Shown here in pieces: positions 59,188 through 64,000 of a stretch of 64,000 nucleotides of DNA. Source of the stretch: an uncultured Nitrospirales bacterium. Its GTDB lineage: Bacteria; UBA10199; JADGCS01. The notes below the pieces were generated by a model. It was not told the DNA's origin. It was given only the letters and a program-made list of their open reading frames with translations, and did not search any database. Positions within the stretch are counted from its first letter, which is position 1. Each line of letters starts with the position of its first letter. The position numbers were made by a program, and so were the translations under genes. The DNA lies in assembly GCA_964526915.1 (NCBI GenBank), contig CAZGMS010000072.1, positions 7,341 through 71,340 on the forward strand. The letters are read 5' to 3'.

Positions 59188-60594
59188 TCAGACAACCTGT
59201 GTTTTGAGATAATTTTTTAGCAAGACAATTTTCGACAATCTTTTTTCATACTCAAAACTGCGCACCAATAAATGCAAGTTCTTCAAGAAGAGAAATATTT
59301 TGTTGGGTGGCAATTTTAACAGCCAGAAAATCATTCTCTCAAAATAGGGATATTTAATGAGATAAAAGAACAATTTATCCAGATTAATAAATATTTTTTT
59401 CTCTTTAGACATGAGAAGTGAATCATTAAAATTCAATAAATGAATTTCTTCCAGTGTAGGTATCTTTTTGATATAACCCTTTTCAAAAGCGTAATGAGTC
59501 ACTCTGAGGCCAGGATAAAAAACCAGTACATTGGATGAATAGGAATCAGCCTTAATTTCACGGCACAGTCTTATGGTGTCCATGGCTTCTTCAAAGGTTT
59601 CACCTGGCCAGCCAAAAATGATATCAATACCAATCCGAATACCCTGCTCTTGAATCAGGCGACAGGCCCTAATAATCTGTTCGTTTGTGGTGAGGCGACC
59701 GGCGACTTCATGTCGCACACGATCATTTCCCGATTGAATACCAAAAGTGATCCGGTCGCATCCTGCTTTTTTTAAAAGCACGGCGGTTTCCGCATCAATA
59801 TTTTCAACCCGCAAATTACATAGAAACCCTGGCAGTCTGGCTTGCGCATAATCACGTAAAAACTCCTTAAACCACCTCTTATCCGCGTTGAGTGTTCCAT
59901 CCTGAAAATGAACCCATTCTATTCCATAAGTATTTTTTACGTATTTTATTTCCTCCAGCGTTTCCTGAATGGAACGCAATCGCCAGTATTTCTTTTTGAA
60001 ATGACGTGATAATTCTTTGTTGTAACAAAATGTACAACCATAGGGACAACCACGAGAGGCAATGAAGATTTTCACGGGACTTTCTTGAAGAACTTTATAT
60101 TTATAATACACGTCCCGATTGGGGAAACAATTTTCACTCACATCCACAAGATCACATTCTTCATTCTTATGTGCCTGGGCATGCGCATCTAAATAACACA
60201 GTCCCTTTATGGAATCTAACCCTTCACCCCTTTGGTGTTTTAAAATAAATTCTGGTAAGGATTTTTCTCCATCACCTCTAAAAACATAATCCACTGCTGG
60301 CCTGCTGATAATTTCTGGATATATCAGGGCAAAGGGCCCGCCCACCAACGTTACAGACTCTGGTAATACGGTTTTGATTTTCTTCAAATATTCAAAGGCA
60401 AAATTCTCTTCGCCAATAAATAAACTGTAGACAACATAATCGGGTTTGTAGGCTACAATTTTGACATAGAAATCTTTTTCTAGGTCATGAATAAAAACTT
60501 CACAGTGAATGTCTTTTTCCTTTAAACTCCCTGCCAAAAAATGAACACTGAGTTTTTCGTAGGCTTCTTTTTGTACGAAAGCGACTTTTACCAT
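59188..60594 (-). CDS. B12-binding domain radical SAM protein (class B radical SAM)
   Basis: 468 aa. B12-binding region (VVYSLFIGEE ... VTLVGGPFALIYPE), CPYGCTFC radical-SAM motif and GIQSGNDRV (the G-x-E/Q-S-G radical-SAM motif). Confidence 0.75.
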   Translation of the reverse strand: MVKVAFVQKEAYEKLSVHFLAGSLKEKDIHCEVFIHDLEKDFYVKIVAYKPDYVVYSLFIGEENFAFEYLKKIKTVLPESVTLVGGPFALIYPEIISRPAVDYVFRGDGEKSLPEFILKHQRGEGLDSIKGLCYLDAHAQAHKNEECDLVDVSENCFPNRDVYYKYKVLQESPVKIFIASRGCPYGCTFCYNKELSRHFKKKYWRLRSIQETLEEIKYVKNTYGIEWVHFQDGTLNADKRWFKEFLRDYAQARLPGFLCNLRVENIDAETAVLLKKAGCDRITFGIQSGNDRVRHEVAGRLTTNEQIIRACRLIQEQGIRIGIDIIFGWPGETFEEAMDTIRLCREIKADSYSSNVLVFYPGLRVTHYAFEKGYIKKIPTLEEIHLLNFNDSLLMSKEKKIFINLDKLFFYLIKYPYFERMIFWLLKLPPNKIFLFLKNLHLLVRSFEYEKRLSKIVLLKNYLKTQVV

Positions 60595-60605
60595 AGTAAC
60601 ATCAG

Positions 60606-61508
60606 TTATCTTGTTTGATGTGGTACCGGTCTGTAAGCATCCAGTTTACGTGTCCCCCAGAGACTTGATACCACCAAACCACATAACCGTACCCAACCAT
60701 GAAGCACAAAATAAGGCACATATTTTACTTGATATTTCAATCCACAATAGACAGCTCTTTTGATAGGGTATGTATAAATCAAATGTTGTATCACGGCCCA
60801 GCGTCTCTCAGGATGTGCCATGATGAACTTGTAGTCCCCCGCCCCATAAGAAAGCCAACGACTAACCAATTCACCAAAATTATCTATGTATTTACGGTAT
60901 GTTTTACCTGTCCCCACGACAAAATGGCCGCCCTGTCTTTTCAGTCGATAGGCCAGATCAGAATCTTCAGAAGCGGAACCATAACGAACATCATTGTTTT
61001 TCATGGCTTCTATGAGGGCCCGTTTTTGATATAAAGCGGGCCGACCAACCATTTGAATATTTTGTTCTTTCTGCTTCTTATCCAAATCACGAATCACCTG
61101 CATGCTCATCCAAAAAGCCTGTTCCCAGTATTTTGATTTTTTTCCTGTTTTTTCCGATAAATCACAATGCCTGGCCTGTGTCGCCACGGCACCTGATCTT
61201 TCCAAATCCAGCATCAGGTCACGCAAACACCACCGATCCAACTGATCATCAGCATCAACAATGGCAACGTAAGAAGCCTCAGAAGAGGCGGCATAAACTC
61301 CTGTATTTCGTTGTATAACCAAACCTTTCTCTGATTCAATGACCTTAATAGCAGTAAACTCTCTGGCCAATAAGGTGGTGCGATCGACTGAACCACCATC
61401 GACTACAATGATCTCTAATGGGTCATTATCCAAACAAGACTGAATACAAGCAGAAATATTCTTTTCTTCGTTAACAGTGCGAATAATAACCGTAATCGGT
61501 AGAGACAT
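60606..61508 (-). CDS. glycosyltransferase, GT2 family (GT-A fold)
   Basis: 300 aa. ITVIIRTVNEE ... IIVVDGGSVDRT ... VDADD DxD-type motifs. Confidence 0.75.
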   Translation of the reverse strand: MSLPITVIIRTVNEEKNISACIQSCLDNDPLEIIVVDGGSVDRTTLLAREFTAIKVIESEKGLVIQRNTGVYAASSEASYVAIVDADDQLDRWCLRDLMLDLERSGAVATQARHCDLSEKTGKKSKYWEQAFWMSMQVIRDLDKKQKEQNIQMVGRPALYQKRALIEAMKNNDVRYGSASEDSDLAYRLKRQGGHFVVGTGKTYRKYIDNFGELVSRWLSYGAGDYKFIMAHPERRWAVIQHLIYTYPIKRAVYCGLKYQVKYVPYFVLHGWVRLCGLVVSSLWGTRKLDAYRPVPHQTR

Positions 61509-62044
61509 TATGAATGGCTCCCGTGATCAGACAATATCGATAATATCCGCGAATCCCACCACCTGCCATCATAAAAATAATTATCTCTGAGCAACCCATC
61601 CAGTTTAAATCCCAACTGAGTATACAATTCATATTTCTTCACATCGAACTCGTATATTTCTGTCCAGATTTTGTGTAGATTTAACTCACCAAAGGCATAC
61701 TGGAACAGAACTTGGCAAGCATCTTCTGCAAAACCGGCATCATCAATATAGGAATTTTGCCAGCCAATGTAGAGCGATAAATCGGCATGACGATGCACCC
61801 AATTGATGTAACACAAACCACACACTCCAACCAGTTCATTGGTCTCAAGATCACGGACAGCAAACATCAAGGTCCGATCATCTGCCAACACTTTTTCGCG
61901 GTACCATTTATCCTGACTTTCGCGGTCCAACTCACGGTATTCCCTAAAATGCTTTCGAAACTCTTCGTTATTGCGCCACAGACGCATGGTCTCTAGATCC
62001 TCTTTTTCAACGGTGGTCAACGCCACTTTTTTTCCCTTTAACAT
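61508..62044 (-). CDS. GNAT family N-acetyltransferase (PseH / RimL-like)
   Basis: 178 aa. GNAT motif A region LVGVCGLCYINWVHRHADLSLYI ... QLGF. Lies directly downstream of the NeuB-like synthase, the arrangement seen for pseH-pseI. Confidence 0.65.
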   Translation of the reverse strand: MLKGKKVALTTVEKEDLETMRLWRNNEEFRKHFREYRELDRESQDKWYREKVLADDRTLMFAVRDLETNELVGVCGLCYINWVHRHADLSLYIGWQNSYIDDAGFAEDACQVLFQYAFGELNLHKIWTEIYEFDVKKYELYTQLGFKLDGLLRDNYFYDGRWWDSRILSILSDHGSHS

Positions 62045-63111
62045 AACTCAATATCTCCCACCATGACGGCCTCATCCTCCGCGACATCCCTTTTCAGCAC
62101 TTTGCCAATAAGTGTGTGGACGGCAAACGGTTGAACCCCTCCCTGCGTAAATGGTCGCAGTGGAAACAAATTTTCTTTCGTCAACACATGTCCTTTTTTC
62201 AGATCGCGCACATATCTTAGACCCCGTCTTTGCAAACAAACAGTATCATTCTCATTGGCCTCAACCCTTTTAACACCATCACCCAAGGCCAAATAGACTT
62301 CTTGAGCACGACAAACCATTTCCCTCCACGATTTGGGATTCATGGCAAACCTGTGATCGGGCCCTTCGCGCGAGTTATCATCAGTAAAATGTTTTTCAAA
62401 AACCACAGCTCCCAAAGCGACAGCACCCAACACAGTCGCGTGACCATGAGTGTGATCCGAAAGCCCCAACAAGACATTGGGATATCTTTTTTTGTAATCT
62501 TTCAAAACATTCAAATTGATGCATTTGAAATTTTCAGGACTTGCTGTATAATTTGTATTGCACTGCATGAGCACAATATCCTGAGTGTGCTTAAATAAAC
62601 AATGCATGGCTCTTTCCACATCTTCAATTGTGGAAGCCCCTGTCGCCAGCATCACAGGTTTACCTTTTTTGGCTATATACTCAATCATTTCCAACCAGGT
62701 TATATCTCCAGAACCGATCTTATAGACTGAAACATAGGGATCCACATGATCGACCGTTTCAAAGTCATAGGGACTTGTAAAATATTCTATCCCCACTTCA
62801 TCGCATTTATGTTTTAATTTTGCTGTCCATTCCCGGGGTAGACTCGCGTCTTGATACACCTCATAAACTGGCTTTTTCCATTTTGCTTGATGAGATAATT
62901 GACCACCCAATGACTCAAAACCATTCCGACTCACAATTTTTCTCGCAACAAAATTTTGAAATTTGGCCGCATCAGCCCCAGCTTCTTTGGCCAATTCAAT
63001 CAATTTGAGTGCCCGTTGCAAATCACCATCATGGTTCGCCGCAATATCGGCAATAAAATACAGATTTTCTCCTTCTCCAATTTTTCTTTTGCCTACAGTG
63101 ATCGTTTTCAT
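62038..63111 (-). CDS. N-acetylneuraminate / nonulosonic acid synthase family protein (NeuB / PseI / LegI-like)
   Basis: 357 aa. YFIADIAANHDGDL, GADAAKFQ and the HTHGHATV metal-binding region, followed by a C-terminal SAF/antifreeze-like domain. Confidence 0.85.
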   Translation of the reverse strand: MKTITVGKRKIGEGENLYFIADIAANHDGDLQRALKLIELAKEAGADAAKFQNFVARKIVSRNGFESLGGQLSHQAKWKKPVYEVYQDASLPREWTAKLKHKCDEVGIEYFTSPYDFETVDHVDPYVSVYKIGSGDITWLEMIEYIAKKGKPVMLATGASTIEDVERAMHCLFKHTQDIVLMQCNTNYTASPENFKCINLNVLKDYKKRYPNVLLGLSDHTHGHATVLGAVALGAVVFEKHFTDDNSREGPDHRFAMNPKSWREMVCRAQEVYLALGDGVKRVEANENDTVCLQRRGLRYVRDLKKGHVLTKENLFPLRPFTQGGVQPFAVHTLIGKVLKRDVAEDEAVMVGDIELC

Positions 63112-64000
63112 GCAAATACCTTCCTGTAATCCTCAACAAGCGCCTTGATCCCTTCCTCAATAACGGGCACTGAGGTCACAAGAGACGTGAATTTGCTAAC
63201 ATCGAGCGTGGTATCACGAGGCCTTTTTGCCTTAAACAGCATGTGTTCACTGGTGGTCGAACGAATAAGAGATGTTGGCCTCATGCACTCACGGGCCAAC
63301 TTGATCAGAAAATCGTACTTGCTAAAATGATCCTGACTACCCACATGCAAAACTCCACGACAATCAGAAGACAATAACTGTTTAATGGTCCCAGCCAACT
63401 GCCTAATGTATAGGGCATTAAACATCACATCAGTGAACCCTCCAATGGATTCCCCTTTTAATAAATGCGTCAAAGCCCATTCCGCCAAGGATCCTCCGGG
63501 AGGGTTTTTGAAACCATAAATGTTTGTTCTTAAGACCAGTGGTTTTCGTGATTCCTGCAAAACCACTTGCTCCCCTGCCAACTTGGTGCGGGCGTAAACA
63601 TTGAGAGGCTTTGGCTCATCAGTTTCAGAATAATTACCCTGCTCCCCATCAAACACGGAATCTGTGGAGATGTAAACAAAGCTTGTTTGGGGACAATGAT
63701 GCGCCAACGTATATGTTATTCCCTCATGGACATCACCAGCAACCTGCGGGTGTGTTTCGCAATATTCAAGATCAACCAAAGCCAAACAGTGGATGATGAT
63801 GTCCGGTTCTATTCGATCCAAATACATTTTTAGCTGGTCGCTGTCTGTGAGATCAAAATGTTTTTGATGGGTCGCGTCTGCCCACAACGTCTGCAGGCGA
63901 TCACACGCATAGACTTCATAGTTCAAATCTTCCTGTAATATGGGCCCAACCGCGTTGGCCAGCATCCCGGCAGAACCCGTGATCAAAATGCGTTTTACAC
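63108..64000 (-). CDS. SDR-family nucleotide-sugar reductase/epimerase (RmlD-like), 5' end cut by the window edge
   Basis: The reading frame stays open to the window edge: the reverse complement of 63961-64000 encodes ...KRILITGSAGMLA, a Rossmann motif. The M in the ORF track is therefore an internal TTG/Leu. YARTK catalytic motif present. Confidence 0.55.
   Translation of the reverse strand, partial: VKRILITGSAGMLANAVGPILQEDLNYEVYACDRLQTLWADATHQKHFDLTDSDQLKMYLDRIEPDIIIHCLALVDLEYCETHPQVAGDVHEGITYTLAHHCPQTSFVYISTDSVFDGEQGNYSETDEPKPLNVYARTKLAGEQVVLQESRKPLVLRTNIYGFKNPPGGSLAEWALTHLLKGESIGGFTDVMFNALYIRQLAGTIKQLLSSDCRGVLHVGSQDHFSKYDFLIKLARECMRPTSLIRSTTSEHMLFKAKRPRDTTLDVSKFTSLVTSVPVIEEGIKALVEDYRKVFA

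Noticed and set aside
293-63833. All plus-strand ORFs in the six-frame track (for example 293-565, 1634-2011, 5009-5410, 25758-26339, 35710-36276, 40240-40779, 62230-62598)
   Set aside because: Every one lies antisense inside a minus-strand gene that has clear family motifs. They have no recognisable domains and many have low-complexity or Cys/His/Arg-rich compositions typical of antisense artefacts. None is reported as a gene.
1-64000. CRISPR arrays, tRNA or rRNA genes, transposases or integrases, phage genes, toxin-antitoxin or defence-system modules
   Set aside because: No regularly spaced repeats, no tRNA-like or rRNA-like stretches in the few gaps, and none of the 56 proteins shows recombinase, nuclease or defence-type motifs. 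The DUF4143-type ATPase is a lone gene without partner nuclease or sensor genes.

Overview
The whole 64 kb window is one glycan (O-antigen / capsule-type) biosynthesis locus. I support about 56 protein-coding genes, every one of them on the minus strand. Most junctions are tight, and many show 4-bp ATGA-type stop/start overlaps. I see no rRNA, tRNA, CRISPR array, transposase or integrase. Family assignments are from motif recognition by eye; no database search was run.

Recognisable content, reading along the minus strand from high to low coordinates:
- A nonulosonic-acid end: an SDR cut by the window edge, a NeuB/PseI/LegI-like synthase and a GNAT.
- A GT2 glycosyltransferase.
- A run of four radical-SAM proteins (two B12-binding, two SPASM-type) with class-I methyltransferases.
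- A DegT aminotransferase and a second Wzx-like flippase.
- An amide / amino-acid tailoring block: AsnB-type amidotransferase, a TylF-family methyltransferase and a second class-I methyltransferase, an ATP-grasp protein, a PHP phosphoesterase, DegT, a FemAB-like protein and CE4-like proteins.
- A heparinase II/III-like protein paired with a bi-domain (MDR + Gfo/Idh/MocA) oxidoreductase.
- RmlA-RmlB, a GtrB/ArnC-like GT2, two methyltransferases, a WecE-like aminotransferase and a GT-C-like membrane protein. This looks like an undecaprenyl-phosphate carrier arm.
- UDP-GlcNAc 2-epimerase, GT4, SDR epimerase and a WecA/WbpL-like primer. This is the same gene order I recall for wbjD-wbjE-wbjF-wbpL of Pseudomonas aeruginosa O11.
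- An eight-gene cassette of small-molecule acid metabolism. It runs CitE-like lyase, split Fe-S hydro-lyase alpha and beta, unknown protein, aldo-keto reductase, MmgE/PrpD, a Ppd/ComDE-type TPP decarboxylase and an ATP-grasp ligase.
- Wzx, Wzy-like, two GT4s, and a PglC-PglD-PglE-like set with Wzz-like and PglF/WbpM-like proteins. This set is diNAcBac-type amino-sugar synthesis plus a second primer.
- A terminal AAA+ (DUF4143-type) ATPase.

The two most likely undescribed components are the acid-metabolism cassette with its ATP-grasp ligase (13.5-21.7 kb) and the radical-SAM / methyltransferase quartet (54.5-60.6 kb). Both look like routes to non-standard substituents on the glycan.
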